Source: an uncultured Planctomycetales bacterium (GTDB lineage Bacteria > Omnitrophota > Gorgyraeia > Gygaellales > Profunditerraquicolaceae). From it: a stretch of 64,000 nucleotides of DNA. The notes beneath the pieces were generated by a model. That model had not been told where the DNA came from, ran no database searches, and saw nothing but the letters and a program-made list of their open reading frames with translations. Below, one piece after another: positions 24,029 to 34,608 of this stretch. The stretch spans positions 62,001 through 126,000 of the forward strand of contig CAZAPM010000002.1 of the NCBI GenBank assembly GCA_964487475.1. Reading direction: 5' to 3'. The position numbers and the translations under genes were made by a program. Positions within the stretch are counted from its first letter, which is position 1. Each line of letters starts with the position of its first letter.

Positions 24029-24481
24029 ATGAAAAAAGTCGTAGCCGTGATCGGCGGAAGGGCATGCAATGCCGAGGTGGAGCAGCTTACCCACGAAATA
24101 GCCAAAAAATTGGCAAAAGTGGCGGATGTATTAGTTTGCGGCGGTTTGGGTGGAGTGATGGAGTCTGCAAGCAGGGGTTTTAAAGACGGAGGGGGTACTC
24201 TGGTAATGGGGATACTCCCCGGTTACGATAAACAGGATGCCAACCCTTATGTGGATCTGGCCATTCCTACGGGCATGGGGCTGGCGCGGAATGTGCTGGT
24301 GGTAAAAAGCGCGGATGTGGTCGTGGCGCTTCCCGGAGAAGCCGGGACCCTTTCGGAGATCGCATACTGCCTGCAGTTCGGTATCCCCGTGATAGGGATC
24401 CGTTCCTGGGATATCCCGGGAGTGGTGAAGGCAGATTCAGCGGATGAAGTGGTTGCCGAGGTGCGCAAGAGACTCTCATGA
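24029..24481 (+). CDS. LOG/SLOG-family (TIGR00725-like) nucleotide-binding protein
   Basis: VCGGLGGVME, GILPG, TGMGLARN, PGEAGTLSE. Confidence 0.85.
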   Translation: MKKVVAVIGGRACNAEVEQLTHEIAKKLAKVADVLVCGGLGGVMESASRGFKDGGGTLVMGILPGYDKQDANPYVDLAIPTGMGLARNVLVVKSADVVVALPGEAGTLSEIAYCLQFGIPVIGIRSWDIPGVVKADSADEVVAEVRKRLS

Positions 24482-26109
24482 AGAAAAAAGAGCGGGTAGT
24501 CATATTAGGCGGAGGCCCTAACCGTATCGGGCAGGGGATCGAATTCGATTATTGCTGCTGCCACGCTTCCTACGCGCTGCGCGAGGAAGGCCTGGAGAGC
24601 ATCATGGTCAACTGTAATCCGGAAACGGTCTCTACCGATTACGATACCTCCGACCGGCTGTACTTCGAGCCCATCACGGTCGAGGATGTGATGAACATCA
24701 TCGCGGTGGAGAAGCCCCTGGGGGTGATCGTGCAGTTCGGGGGCCAGACCCCTTTGAACCTCGCGGTCCCGTTGCGCAAGGCGGGGGTGCGGATACTCGG
24801 CACCAGCGCGGAGAGCATCGATATCGCGGAGGACCGCAAGCGTTTCAAGAAGATGCTCGATGAGCTGGGGTTAAGGCAGCCGGAGAGCGACACCGCGTTC
24901 ACCTACGCTGAGGCGGAGAAGATCGCCGAGAGGCTGGGATATCCCGTGCTGGTGCGGCCTTCCTATGTGCTGGGAGGACGGGCCATGGAGATCGTCTACG
25001 ACCGCTCCACGCTGGGCAAGTTCATCGCCGAGGCAGTCAAGGTCTCGGGGGAGCATCCGATCCTCATCGATAAATTCCTGGAGGATGCGTTGGAAGTGGA
25101 CGTCGACCTGATCGGTGACGGAAAGAATTTCGTGATCGGAGGGATACTGGAGCATATCGAAGGCGCAGGCATCCATTCCGGCGATTCGGCGATGTCCCTG
25201 CCTACGGTGACGCTTCCCTCCCAGGTCCTGTCCGATCTGAGGGAAGCCTCCCTGAAGATGGCGGAAAAGCTCGGGATAGTCGGGCTGATGAACGTGCAAT
25301 ACGCGGTCAAAGAGGGGAAGGTCTACGTGCTGGAGGTCAACCCACGCGCCTCCCGCACCGTGCCTTTCGTGTCCAAGGCTATCGGCGTGCCCCTGGCCAA
25401 GCTTGCGACCAAGGTCATGTTCGGCAAGACCCTCAAGGAGCTCGGGTTCACGCAGGAGGTCATTCCTCCCTACATCGCGGTGAAGGAATCGGTGTTCCCC
25501 TTCAACCGTTTCCCGGGAGTGGATATCATACTCGGCCCGGAGATGAAATCCACCGGTGAGGTCATGGGTATCGATAAGGATTTCGGCCTGGCGTACGTGA
25601 AGAGCCAGATCGCGGCCGGGCAGAAGCTTCCCACCAAAGGCAATGTGTTCGTCTCGGTGATGGACAAGGACAAGAAGGAGATCGTGCCGATCGCCTCCGA
25701 TCTTGCCGCGCTCGGGTTCCGCATGCTGGCTACCGCCGGAACCGCGGAGATACTGCAATCCGCGGGTATCCCGGTGAAAGTGCTCCCGAAGATCGCGGAG
25801 GGACGTCCCAATATCCTCGACCTGATGAAGGACGGGAAGATCCAGCTGGTGATCAATACCCCTTCGGGAAGGATCCCCCGTCAGGACGAGGTTAAGATCC
25901 GCTCCCTCGTGGTTTCCTTCGGGATCCCCTATACCACTACCATTTCGGGCGCCCAGGCAACCGTAAGCGGGATCCGGGCCCTGTTGAAGAAAGAGATTTC
26001 CGTGCGTTCCTTGCAGGAGTACCACCGGGATAAGAATACGTCGGAGAAGGCCCATGCCGGAGCTGCCGGAGGTAGAAACCGTAAGGCGCGAGCTCGCGCG
26101 GCTGCTTAA
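24478..26109 (+). CDS. carB: Carbamoyl-phosphate synthase large subunit, C-terminal half only (carbamate phosphorylation ATP-grasp plus MGS domain)
   Basis: Begins at ILGGGPNRIGQGIEFDY, the start of the second CarB half; has RPSYVLGG, EVNPRASRT, GPEMKSTGEVMG and an MGS-like tail; 543 aa. Confidence 0.9.
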   Translation: MKKKERVVILGGGPNRIGQGIEFDYCCCHASYALREEGLESIMVNCNPETVSTDYDTSDRLYFEPITVEDVMNIIAVEKPLGVIVQFGGQTPLNLAVPLRKAGVRILGTSAESIDIAEDRKRFKKMLDELGLRQPESDTAFTYAEAEKIAERLGYPVLVRPSYVLGGRAMEIVYDRSTLGKFIAEAVKVSGEHPILIDKFLEDALEVDVDLIGDGKNFVIGGILEHIEGAGIHSGDSAMSLPTVTLPSQVLSDLREASLKMAEKLGIVGLMNVQYAVKEGKVYVLEVNPRASRTVPFVSKAIGVPLAKLATKVMFGKTLKELGFTQEVIPPYIAVKESVFPFNRFPGVDIILGPEMKSTGEVMGIDKDFGLAYVKSQIAAGQKLPTKGNVFVSVMDKDKKEIVPIASDLAALGFRMLATAGTAEILQSAGIPVKVLPKIAEGRPNILDLMKDGKIQLVINTPSGRIPRQDEVKIRSLVVSFGIPYTTTISGAQATVSGIRALLKKEISVRSLQEYHRDKNTSEKAHAGAAGGRNRKARARAAA

Positions 26110-26975
26110 GGGCAGGCGTATCGCGAAGGTCGAGGTGCGCCGGCCCCAGGTGGTGCAGGGCGAGCCCGGGGAATTTGCCGCCGCGCTCGAGGGCAGGAGC
26201 GTCCGCGCGCTGCTGCGCCGGGGAAAGCTCCTTCTGGTGGAGCTTTCCGGAGGCAAGACCCTGGCGGTGCACCTCAAGATGACCGGACAGCTGGTCTATG
26301 GCGAGCGTAGCGAGCGCAGCGAGNNNNNNNNNNNNNNNNNNNNNNNNNNNNNNNNNNNNNNNNNNNNNNNNNNNNNNNNNNNNNNNNNNNNNNNNNNNNN
26401 NNNNNNNNNNNNNNNNNNNNNNNAGCGAGCGCAGCGAGAAAAGCCGGGTGGTCATTCGCTTTACCGACGGCACGGAACTGGCGTACAACGATCAGCGGCT
26501 TTTCGGCAGGTTGGAGGCGGTCGATGACTGGGAGGCCATGCCGTTCGTTTCCTCCCTCGGTCCCGAACCCTTTCACCTGACTCCCCGGAAATTCCGCGAG
26601 ATGCTGCGCGGCCGCCGCACCAGGATCAAGCCGCTTTTGCTGGACCAGCATTTTGTCGCCGGGATAGGGAATATCTACGCCTGCGAAGCCCTCTTCCGGG
26701 CGCGCGTCGATCCCGCAAAGCCGGCGGAAAAGCTTTCGGACGCGCAGGGGGAAAAACTTTTCCGGGAGATCGTTTCCGTGCTGCGGGAAGCCATCTCCTG
26801 CAAGGGATCGTCGCTGGACCAGTACGTGCGCGCCCGCGGGAACAAGGGGACGTACGGGAAATACCACCGGGTGTACGGCAAAACGGGAACGCAGTGCCGC
26901 TGCTGCCGTACGCGTATCGTGCGCAAGGCCATAGGAGGAAGGGGGACCTATTATTGTCCCTCCTGTCAGAGGTGA
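26054..26975 (+). CDS. mutM: Formamidopyrimidine-DNA glycosylase (spans a 100-N gap)
   Basis: MPELPEVE start, RRGK, HLKMTG, LGPEP, GIGNIY, C-terminal CxxC...CxxC zinc finger. The frame change coincides with the N gap. Confidence 0.92.
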
Positions 26976-26976
26976 G

Positions 26977-27669
26977 ATGAAAGCACGCATCGGATTGAAC
27001 GGGTTCATTTACTTCCTGTCTTTGTGCGTCGTGCTGATCTTTCATTCCTATTTCCTCAAGGTCGCCGAAGGCCGGCTCGATGAGGTGTTCGAGATATTCG
27101 GCATGGCGTTCCTGCTGTTAGGGCTGCTCCTGCGTATTTCCAGCCGGGGGTACAAATCCGAGGTGTCTAAGGGAGGCAATGCGCTGGTGACCGGCGGCCC
27201 GTATGCCCTCGTCCGTAATCCCATGTACCTGGGGATATTCTGCAGCGGGTTCGGGGTGATCCTCCTGCTTTTCCAGTGGTGGGCGGCCGGGGTGTTCGTG
27301 GTGTTCATGACGGTGCGGTATATGACGCTGATCCGCAAGGAGGAAGAAGTATTGTGCGGAAAATTCGGCGAAGCGTACCGCGAGTATATGAAAAGGGTCC
27401 CCAGTCTCCTGCCCCGGGCGGGCGTCCTGCTGCGCACGGATATCAAGGATATCTTCCCTCTGCGCATGCGCTGGGTTAAAAAGGAAGTGGTCAGCGTCAT
27501 GGTGGTGCTTCTCGCGGTGGTGGGGATCGAATACTGGGAAAGCCGGCGGCTCAATGTCACGCACCTGATCCGGGATGACCTTTTAAGCCTCATCGTGGTA
27601 GGCGCGGTGTTCGCGGGGGTGAGTTTCGGGTTGGCATATTATTATGAAAAGCACACAACGCACGTGTAA
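26977..27669 (+). CDS. Isoprenylcysteine/phospholipid methyltransferase-family membrane protein
   Basis: LVTGGPYALVRNPMYLG and EE...FGEAYREYMKRVP, with several TM segments. Confidence 0.85.
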   Translation: MKARIGLNGFIYFLSLCVVLIFHSYFLKVAEGRLDEVFEIFGMAFLLLGLLLRISSRGYKSEVSKGGNALVTGGPYALVRNPMYLGIFCSGFGVILLLFQWWAAGVFVVFMTVRYMTLIRKEEEVLCGKFGEAYREYMKRVPSLLPRAGVLLRTDIKDIFPLRMRWVKKEVVSVMVVLLAVVGIEYWESRRLNVTHLIRDDLLSLIVVGAVFAGVSFGLAYYYEKHTTHV

Positions 27670-28417
27670 GGTTGCCGGGAACCGGCAGGTGGGGCCGCGG
27701 TTCTATCATTTGACCCTGCAGGATGCGGGGACGATCCTGCGGGCTTTGCCCGGGCAGTTCGTGATGCTGCGCGCGGGCAGGGGCACCGACCCTTTATTGC
27801 GCCGCCCCTTAGGGGTCCACTCCGTGAAAGGCCGGACTTTTTCCTGTTTATACGAAGTGGTGGGGCCGGGCACTGCCTGGCTTTCGGGGTTATCCAAAGG
27901 GGATACGGTCAGCGTGCTCGGGCCGCTGGGAAGCGGGTTTGCGTACGCGAAGACCGGACCGCAGGATGTCCTGGTGGCCGGAGGGATGGGCGTCGCCCCG
28001 CTGCTGTTTTTGGCGCAGCGGCTGCGGAAAGAGGGGAGCGAGCCGCTGGTGCTGATCGGCGGCCGTACGAAATCGCACATCCTTTGCGAAAAAGAGTTCG
28101 CGGCGGCGAAGTGCAGGGTCAGGATCGCTACGGACGACGGATCTCGCGGATACCGGGGATACGTATCCGGGCTGCTGGAGAAGGAGCTGTCGCGTCTGGC
28201 GCATCCCTGTCGGGTGTTTTCCTGCGGCCCGCATCCGATGCTTAAAGCGGTGGCGCAGGTGTGCGCGGCGCGAAACGTCCCGGCGCAGGTATCCCTGGAG
28301 GCGCATATGGCCTGCGGGATCGGCGCCTGTTTAGGGTGCGTGGTGGAGACGGATTCCGGATTGCAGAGGGTCTGTCACGAGGGGCCGGTGTTCGAGGCTT
28401 CCCGCCTGAAGTGGTAA
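27644..28417 (+). CDS. pyrK: Dihydroorotate dehydrogenase electron transfer subunit
   Basis: PGQFVML, LRRP, AGGMGVAP, CGP and the CGIGACLGC...C [2Fe-2S] motif ending GPVF. Confidence 0.93.
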   Translation: MKSTQRTCKVAGNRQVGPRFYHLTLQDAGTILRALPGQFVMLRAGRGTDPLLRRPLGVHSVKGRTFSCLYEVVGPGTAWLSGLSKGDTVSVLGPLGSGFAYAKTGPQDVLVAGGMGVAPLLFLAQRLRKEGSEPLVLIGGRTKSHILCEKEFAAAKCRVRIATDDGSRGYRGYVSGLLEKELSRLAHPCRVFSCGPHPMLKAVAQVCAARNVPAQVSLEAHMACGIGACLGCVVETDSGLQRVCHEGPVFEASRLKW

Positions 28418-28427
28418 GGAGGCAGCG

Positions 28428-28787
28428 ATGCAGAGCGTGATCTTCGTGGGGATAGGGTTGATCGCGGGGATATGCGGAGGGATGTTCGGGCTCGGCGGAG
28501 GCTCGGTGATGATACCGGCGCTCGTCTTCCTGGCCGGGTTCACCCAGCATCAGGCACAGGGAACGACCCTGGCAGCGCTGGTGCCTCCCATCGGGCTTTT
28601 GGCGGCGTGGGAGTACTGGCGCCACGGCAATGTGAACATCCCCGTGGCCGGGCTTATTTGCGCAGGGTTCCTGATCGGCGGTTTTGCCGGAGCGCATCTG
28701 GTGCAGGGGATGCCCTCACCGGTCTTAAAAAAGCTCTTCGGAGTGTTCCTGCTGGTGATCTCCGCGCAGATGATATTCTCCAAATGA
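28428..28787 (+). CDS. TauE/SafE (TSUP) family small permease
   Basis: GMFGLGGG..IP, QHQAQGTTL; hydrophobic throughout; half-size (119 aa). Confidence 0.85.
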   Translation: MQSVIFVGIGLIAGICGGMFGLGGGSVMIPALVFLAGFTQHQAQGTTLAALVPPIGLLAAWEYWRHGNVNIPVAGLICAGFLIGGFAGAHLVQGMPSPVLKKLFGVFLLVISAQMIFSK

Positions 28788-29713
28788 GAAAAGAGATGAG
28801 ACCTGATCTGTCCGTAAAGATAGGTTCCTTGAAATTGCACAACCCCGTGATGGTCGCTTCCGGTACCTTCGGGTATGCGGAGGAATTCCGGGATTATTTC
28901 GATCTGCGCACTCTGGGAGCCCTGGTGACCAAGACCATTACCGTCGATCCCCGCCAGGGGAATCCTCCTCCGCGCACCTGCGAGACTCCCTCGGGGATGC
29001 TTAACTCCATCGGCCTGGAGAACCCCGGCCTCGAGGCGTTCATCAGGGAGAAGCTTCCGAAGGCGGCGTCCTTCGGCGTGCCGGTCATCGTGAGCGTAGC
29101 GGCAGAGCATGATGCGGACGAGTTCTCCGTGCTCCTGGAAAGGCTCAGCCCCCTGGCGTCGGTCGCGGCATTCGAGCTGAATATCTCCTGTCCCAACGTG
29201 TCCCACGGCCGCCCCGCGTTGATCGCGCAGGACGCCAAGGCGACCGCCGCGGTGGTCAGGCGGGCGCGCCGGGCGACGGACAAGCCTTTGATCGCCAAGC
29301 TTTCCCCCAACGTCACGGATATCGTGGAGATCGCCTCTGCGGCGTATGACTCCGGATGCGACGGTCTGGCGCTGATCAATACCCTGACCGGCATGAGCAT
29401 CGAGGTCCGCACCCGCCGGCCGAAGATCTCCCGAATCGTGGCCGGATTAAGCGGCCCGGCCATCCGTCCGGTCGCCGTGCGCATGGTCTGGGAGGTGGCG
29501 CGCAAGATTCCCGTTCCTATTATCGGAATGGGTGGTATAATTGATACTTTCAGCGCGCTGGAATTTTTCCTGGCGGGCGCGACGGCGGTTGCCGTCGGAA
29601 CCGCTCATTTCGTCAACCCCGCGGCTGCTCCCGAGATCGTGCGGGGGTTGTCGCAGTATCTTAAGGAACACCGCTTCGGTTCGATCAGGGACATCATCGG
29701 GACCGTCGCGTAA
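28784..29713 (+). CDS. pyrD: Dihydroorotate dehydrogenase (NAD+), family 1B catalytic subunit
   Basis: NPVMVASGTFG, NSIGLENPG, ELNISCPN, KLSPNV, GLSGPAIRP. Start may be 28796. Confidence 0.95.
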   Translation: MRKEMRPDLSVKIGSLKLHNPVMVASGTFGYAEEFRDYFDLRTLGALVTKTITVDPRQGNPPPRTCETPSGMLNSIGLENPGLEAFIREKLPKAASFGVPVIVSVAAEHDADEFSVLLERLSPLASVAAFELNISCPNVSHGRPALIAQDAKATAAVVRRARRATDKPLIAKLSPNVTDIVEIASAAYDSGCDGLALINTLTGMSIEVRTRRPKISRIVAGLSGPAIRPVAVRMVWEVARKIPVPIIGMGGIIDTFSALEFFLAGATAVAVGTAHFVNPAAAPEIVRGLSQYLKEHRFGSIRDIIGTVA

Positions 29714-29732
29714 CGCTGCACCGGAGGGATTC

Positions 29733-30440
29733 ATGGCAAGACAAAGGCCGGAAATGATCCTGGCACTCGACGTAGACACCGGCGCACAGGCGCTGGAGAT
29801 CGTCTCCCGGCTTTATCCGACGGTGAAGGTGTTCAAGGTGGGGCTTCAGTTGTTCGCTTCCTGCGGGCCGGATATCGTGCGCGCTATCCAGAAGCGGGGC
29901 GCCGAAGTCTTTCTGGATTTGAAGTATTTCGATATCCCCAATACGGTGGCGCATGCGGTGCGCCAGGCCGTGCAGCTTAAGGTCAAGATGTGCACCATGC
30001 ATATCCTGGGGGACGAGGAGATGATCAAGGCCGCGGTCAAAGCCGCCCGGGAGGAGTCCGAAGTCATCGGCGGTACGAGACCGTTGCTTATCGGCGTGAC
30101 CGTGCTTACCAGCAAGGAGGCCAATCCGGCGGACGTGCTGACACTGGCGAGGCTGGGAATACAGAGCGGGCTTGACGGCGTGGTCTGTTCCGCCAGGGAA
30201 GTGGCCATGCTTAAATTGGAGATACAGAAGAATTTTGTGGCGGTGACTCCGGGTATCCGGGCGGAGAAGGCCGCCAGCAACGATCAGAAACGGACCGCTA
30301 CCGTCGAGGAGGCAGTACGCAACGGCAGCGATTTCCTGGTGGTGGGACGTCCGGTCCTGGAGGCTAAGGACATGCTCTCCGCCGCCGGGTTGATCCAGTC
30401 CCTGATCGCAGAGGCGTGGAAGCCGGGAGCGAACACATGA
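29733..30440 (+). CDS. pyrF: Orotidine-5'-phosphate decarboxylase
   Basis: LALDV, KVG, FLDLKYFDIPNTV, TPGIR, DQKR, VVGRP. Confidence 0.95.
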   Translation: MARQRPEMILALDVDTGAQALEIVSRLYPTVKVFKVGLQLFASCGPDIVRAIQKRGAEVFLDLKYFDIPNTVAHAVRQAVQLKVKMCTMHILGDEEMIKAAVKAAREESEVIGGTRPLLIGVTVLTSKEANPADVLTLARLGIQSGLDGVVCSAREVAMLKLEIQKNFVAVTPGIRAEKAASNDQKRTATVEEAVRNGSDFLVVGRPVLEAKDMLSAAGLIQSLIAEAWKPGANT

Positions 30441-31042
30441 CACAGGATATCCAGAGTTTGATCGAAAAGATTCAGAAGGACGGAGTGGAAGCGGCCCGGC
30501 TCCAGGCGCAGGAAATAGAGGCTCAGGCGAAGCGCCAGGCCGAGGCGATCCTGGCGCAGGCGCAGGCACAGTCGCAGGAGATGCTGGCGCAGGCGAAGGA
30601 ATCGATCTTACGCAGCGAGGCGATGCAGAAGGCGGCGCTGGTGCAGGCCCGCCGGGATATGCTTATCGCTCTGCGCGCGGATATCACCGGTATGCTGGAT
30701 TCCCTGATACGCGGGCAGGTGCGCCAGGCGCTTTCCCAGGAAGCGATGGCCAAGATCGTCGCCGACCTGATCGCCCGCACCCCGCTTTCCGGAGGCGCGG
30801 AGGTGGAGATACAGGTTCCCCGGGAGCAGGTCCAGCAGATGGAAACGTCGCTGCGCGCGCTGTTGTCGCAGGAGGTGCGCAAGGGTGTCACGGTGAAAGC
30901 CGGGGACCTGCTGCAGGGCGGGTTTGTCATCAGTTTCGACTCGGGCAAATCCAGCTTCGATTTTTCCGATAAGGCCCTGGCTGAGTTCATCGGCACCGCG
31001 CTGAAACCGTCCCTTAAAGAGCTTTTTGAGGATCCCCGTTAA
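30437..31042 (+). CDS. atpE: V/A-type ATPase subunit E
   Basis: IQSLIEKIQKDGV, coiled-coil N-terminus, GGF...DFSD C-terminus; first gene of the ATPase operon. Confidence 0.85.
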   Translation: MTQDIQSLIEKIQKDGVEAARLQAQEIEAQAKRQAEAILAQAQAQSQEMLAQAKESILRSEAMQKAALVQARRDMLIALRADITGMLDSLIRGQVRQALSQEAMAKIVADLIARTPLSGGAEVEIQVPREQVQQMETSLRALLSQEVRKGVTVKAGDLLQGGFVISFDSGKSSFDFSDKALAEFIGTALKPSLKELFEDPR

Positions 31043-31051
31043 GAGGCTTCC

Positions 31052-31561
31052 ATGTTCTATCCGTACGTGATGGCCAGTTTGCCGACTCTGCAACCCGGCA
31101 TGAGACCGCCTTTTTCCTTCCCCCAGTTCCTGGAACGTATCCGCGGCCTGGTGCCGGAGCATATCTTCCGGGCTCTGGAGGAGATGACTTCTTCCGGTCC
31201 GGCCCGCGGCGATGCTTTTTTGTCCGGGATCGCGGAAAGGGAGATCGCGCTGCGCAACGAGCTGGCGCATTTACGTGCCGCCCGCGTGCACCGGGATGCC
31301 GGGCAGTATCTGCGGCCGGGAGGCCGGCCGTCGATATCCATCTCCCAGGCCGCGCTCGCGGCGGTGAAGGCCGGGCACCTGCAGGAGGGAGAGAAGCTCC
31401 TGGACCAGTTCCGCTGGGATGCGGCGGAGGAGCTTTCCCAGGGCCATTTTTTCGATTCTACCGCGTTGTCGGCGTACGCGTATAAATTACTGCTGTTGCT
31501 GCGCTGGGAAGCGGTCCGCAGCGCCGATACGGATATGCTGCTGAAATCTATCGAGGTCTGA
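31052..31561 (+). CDS. V/A-type ATPase subunit C-like (DUF2764) protein
   Basis: YVMASLP, LRNEL, RW...HFFD...YKL...RW pattern; position between E and A. Confidence 0.8.
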   Translation: MFYPYVMASLPTLQPGMRPPFSFPQFLERIRGLVPEHIFRALEEMTSSGPARGDAFLSGIAEREIALRNELAHLRAARVHRDAGQYLRPGGRPSISISQAALAAVKAGHLQEGEKLLDQFRWDAAEELSQGHFFDSTALSAYAYKLLLLLRWEAVRSADTDMLLKSIEV

Positions 31562-31565
31562 CCCC

Positions 31566-33320
31566 ATGGAAAGAAAAGGCATAATCACCAGGATCAACGG
31601 AAACATGGTGACGGCGAGTTTTGACGCGTTCGTCATGCAGAACGAAGTGGCGTATATCGTGCACGGCCAGGAGAGGCTCAAGGCCGAGATCATCCGGGTG
31701 CAGGGCAAGTCCGCCCAGATGCAGGTGTACGAAAGTACTTCCGGCCTCCGGGTGGGGGATTCGGTCGAGTTTTCCGGAGCGCTGCTTTCCGTGGAGCTCG
31801 GTCCCGGCCTTCTGGGCCAGATCTACGACGGCTTGCAGAATCCCCTTCCCCAGCTTGCGCAGAAATGCGGGTTCTTTCTGCAGCGCGGGGTGTACCTGCG
31901 CGCGCTCGACGAGGAAGCGCGGTGGGAGTTCACCCCGCTGGTAAAGGCAGGGATGAAGGTCCGCGCGGGGCAGTGGCTGGGGTCCGTGCCGGAGAAGATT
32001 TTCACCCATTATTGCATGGTCCCTTTCGGTCTCACCGGGTCCTGGGAGGTGGTTTCGATCGTCCCCGCGGGCTCCTACCGCGTCAAGGATACGGTGGCGG
32101 TGCTGGTCAACGGCGCGGGAGAAAAAGAGGAGGTCGCGCTGCGTCAGGAATGGCCGGTCAAGGCCGCGATCAATGCCTACGCGCAGAAGATCAAGCCCGT
32201 GCAGCCGCTGGTCACCAAGCAGCGGCTTATCGATTCCCTGTTCCCCGTGGCGTTGGGAGGCACGTACTGCATTCCCGGGCCTTTCGGCGCGGGCAAGACC
32301 GTGCTGCAGCAGCTGACCAGCCGCCATGCGGAAGTGGACGTGGTGGTCATCGCCGCCTGCGGGGAGCGCGCGGGAGAGGTGGTGGAGACCTTAAAGACCT
32401 TCCCCGAACTGCATGACCCCCGCACCGGAAAGCCGCTGATCGACCGCACCGTCATCATCTGCAACACCAGTTCCATGCCGGTGGCGGCGCGCGAGTCGAG
32501 CGTCTATACCGCGGTGACCATCGCGGAGTATTACCGCCAGATGGGCCTGCACGTGCTTCTGCTGGCGGATTCCACCTCCCGCTGGGCGCAGGCCATGCGG
32601 GAGATGTCCGGCCGGCTCGAAGAGATCCCCGGAGAAGAAGCCTTCCCCGCATACCTGGAATCGCGCATCGCTTCTTTTTACGAGCGGGCGGGAATAGTGC
32701 AGCTGCACGACGGCCGCACCGGTTCGGTCACTATCGGCGGCACGGTATCGCCCGCCGGCGGCAATTTCGAGGAGCCGGTGACACAGGCGACCCTGAAAGT
32801 GGTGGGCGCCTTCCACGGCCTTTCCCGCGAACGTTCCAATGCCCGCCGCTATCCGGCCATCGACCCGCTTATCAGCTGGAGCAAGTATCCCGGCGCGATC
32901 GATCCCGTGCAGGCCCGGCGCGGCCACGAGGTGCTTTCGCGCAGCAGCGAAGTGGCCCAGATGATGAAGGTCATCGGAGAGGAAGGGACTTCCCTGAACG
33001 ATTACGTGGAGTATCTCAAGGGCGAATTCTTCGACGCGGTGTACCTGCAGCAGAACGCGTTCGATGCGGTGGACGAGGCGACCCCCCGCGAACGCCAGGC
33101 GTACGTGCACGGCTTCCTTTATGAGATCCTGCAGGAGCAGTTCTCCTTCCAGGAGAAGGAGGAGGCGCTGCAGTTCTTCCAGAAACTGCGTCAGATGTGC
33201 AAGGGATGGAATTCTACCGCCTGGCAGAGCGAGGAGTTCCGCAAGGCGGAAGCGGAGATACGCGCCGCACGTAAGGAGAAATCGGCGGCGGGAAAACGCG
33301 AGGGCGCGGCACATGCATAA
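31566..33320 (+). CDS. atpA: V/A-type ATPase subunit A
   Basis: Walker [37 protein letters not shown]. Confidence 0.97.
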   Translation: MERKGIITRINGNMVTASFDAFVMQNEVAYIVHGQERLKAEIIRVQGKSAQMQVYESTSGLRVGDSVEFSGALLSVELGPGLLGQIYDGLQNPLPQLAQKCGFFLQRGVYLRALDEEARWEFTPLVKAGMKVRAGQWLGSVPEKIFTHYCMVPFGLTGSWEVVSIVPAGSYRVKDTVAVLVNGAGEKEEVALRQEWPVKAAINAYAQKIKPVQPLVTKQRLIDSLFPVALGGTYCIPGPFGAGKTVLQQLTSRHAEVDVVVIAACGERAGEVVETLKTFPELHDPRTGKPLIDRTVIICNTSSMPVAARESSVYTAVTIAEYYRQMGLHVLLLADSTSRWAQAMREMSGRLEEIPGEEAFPAYLESRIASFYERAGIVQLHDGRTGSVTIGGTVSPAGGNFEEPVTQATLKVVGAFHGLSRERSNARRYPAIDPLISWSKYPGAIDPVQARRGHEVLSRSSEVAQMMKVIGEEGTSLNDYVEYLKGEFFDAVYLQQNAFDAVDEATPRERQAYVHGFLYEILQEQFSFQEKEEALQFFQKLRQMCKGWNSTAWQSEEFRKAEAEIRAARKEKSAAGKREGAAHA

Positions 33321-34605
33321 AGTATATACCGACATAATCCAGATCGCGGGCGACGTGATCACGGTGGAAGCGCAGGGAGTGGGGAACAACGAGATCGCCG
33401 AGGTTTCCACGCGGCAGGGGACGGGCTTAGCCCAGGTGATCCGGCTCGACGGGAAAAAGGTGTTCCTGCAGGTCTTTGCCGGAAGCCGGGGGGTCTCGAC
33501 GCAGGATAAGGTCCGTTTCCTGGGCCATTCCATGCGCATTGCCACCGGAGACGACCTGCTGGGCAGGATATTCAACGGCAGCGGCCGGCCTTTGGACAAG
33601 GGGCCGCACCTTTCCGATCACCTGGCCGAGATCGCCGGGCCTTCCGTCAATCCGGTGCGCCGCGTGGTGCCGGAGAAGATGATCCGTACCGGGATCCCCA
33701 TGATCGACGTGTTCAATTCGCTGGTGGAGTCCCAGAAGCTGCCGGTCTTCTCCATCGCCGGCGAGCCGTACAATCCCCTGTTGGCCCGTATCGCCAACCA
33801 GGCGGAAGTGGATATCATTATCCTCGGGGGCATGGGGCTCAAGTACGACGACTATCTTTTCTTCCGCGAGACGCTGGAAGCGCAGGGCGCGCTGGCCCGC
33901 TCCATCATGTTCATCCATACGGCGGCAGATCCGACGGTGGAATGCCTCCTGGTCCCCGATATCAGCCTGGCCGTGGCGGAGAGCTTCGCCCTGCAGGGCA
34001 AGCGCGTGCTGGTGCTGCTGACCGATATGACCAATTTCTGCGATTCCCTCAAGGAGATCGCCATCACCATGGAGCAGATCCCTTCCAACCGCGGATATCC
34101 CGGCGACCTGTACAGCCAGCTGGCGGCGCGCTACGAGAAGGCCGTGGATTTCGAAGGGGCGGGTTCCATCACCATCCTGGCCGCGACCACCATGCCCGGG
34201 GACGACGTGACCCATCCCGTCCCGGACAATACCGGGTATATCACCGAGGGGCAGTTCTATCTTAAAGGCGGGAGGATCGAACCTTTCGGTTCCCTTTCCC
34301 GTCTCAAGCAGCAGGTCAACGGCCGGACCCGGCCCGACCACCGTACCATCATGGATACCATGATCCAGCTTTTCGCCAATTACCGGGAGACGCTGGAAAA
34401 GCAGGCGATGGGATTCCAGATGAGCGCCTGGGATAAGAAGCTGCTCAAATACGGGAAGCTCTTCGAGGAGCGGATGATGTCCCTTCAGGTGAACATCCCC
34501 CTGGAGCAGGCGCTGGACTTAGGATGGAAGATACTCAAGGAATGTTTCCTGCCCGAGGAAACCGGGATCAAGAGATCGGTGATCGAGGCATACTGGCCGA
34601 AATAG
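33313..34605 (+). CDS. atpB: V/A-type ATPase subunit B
   Basis: [39 protein letters not shown]. Confidence 0.97.
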   Translation: MHKVYTDIIQIAGDVITVEAQGVGNNEIAEVSTRQGTGLAQVIRLDGKKVFLQVFAGSRGVSTQDKVRFLGHSMRIATGDDLLGRIFNGSGRPLDKGPHLSDHLAEIAGPSVNPVRRVVPEKMIRTGIPMIDVFNSLVESQKLPVFSIAGEPYNPLLARIANQAEVDIIILGGMGLKYDDYLFFRETLEAQGALARSIMFIHTAADPTVECLLVPDISLAVAESFALQGKRVLVLLTDMTNFCDSLKEIAITMEQIPSNRGYPGDLYSQLAARYEKAVDFEGAGSITILAATTMPGDDVTHPVPDNTGYITEGQFYLKGGRIEPFGSLSRLKQQVNGRTRPDHRTIMDTMIQLFANYRETLEKQAMGFQMSAWDKKLLKYGKLFEERMMSLQVNIPLEQALDLGWKILKECFLPEETGIKRSVIEAYWPK

Positions 34606-34608
34606 ACC

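Noticed and set aside
26054..26975. mutM as a frameshifted pseudogene
   Set aside because: The frame change falls on a 100-N placeholder with duplicated flanks, and both halves retain catalytic motifs.
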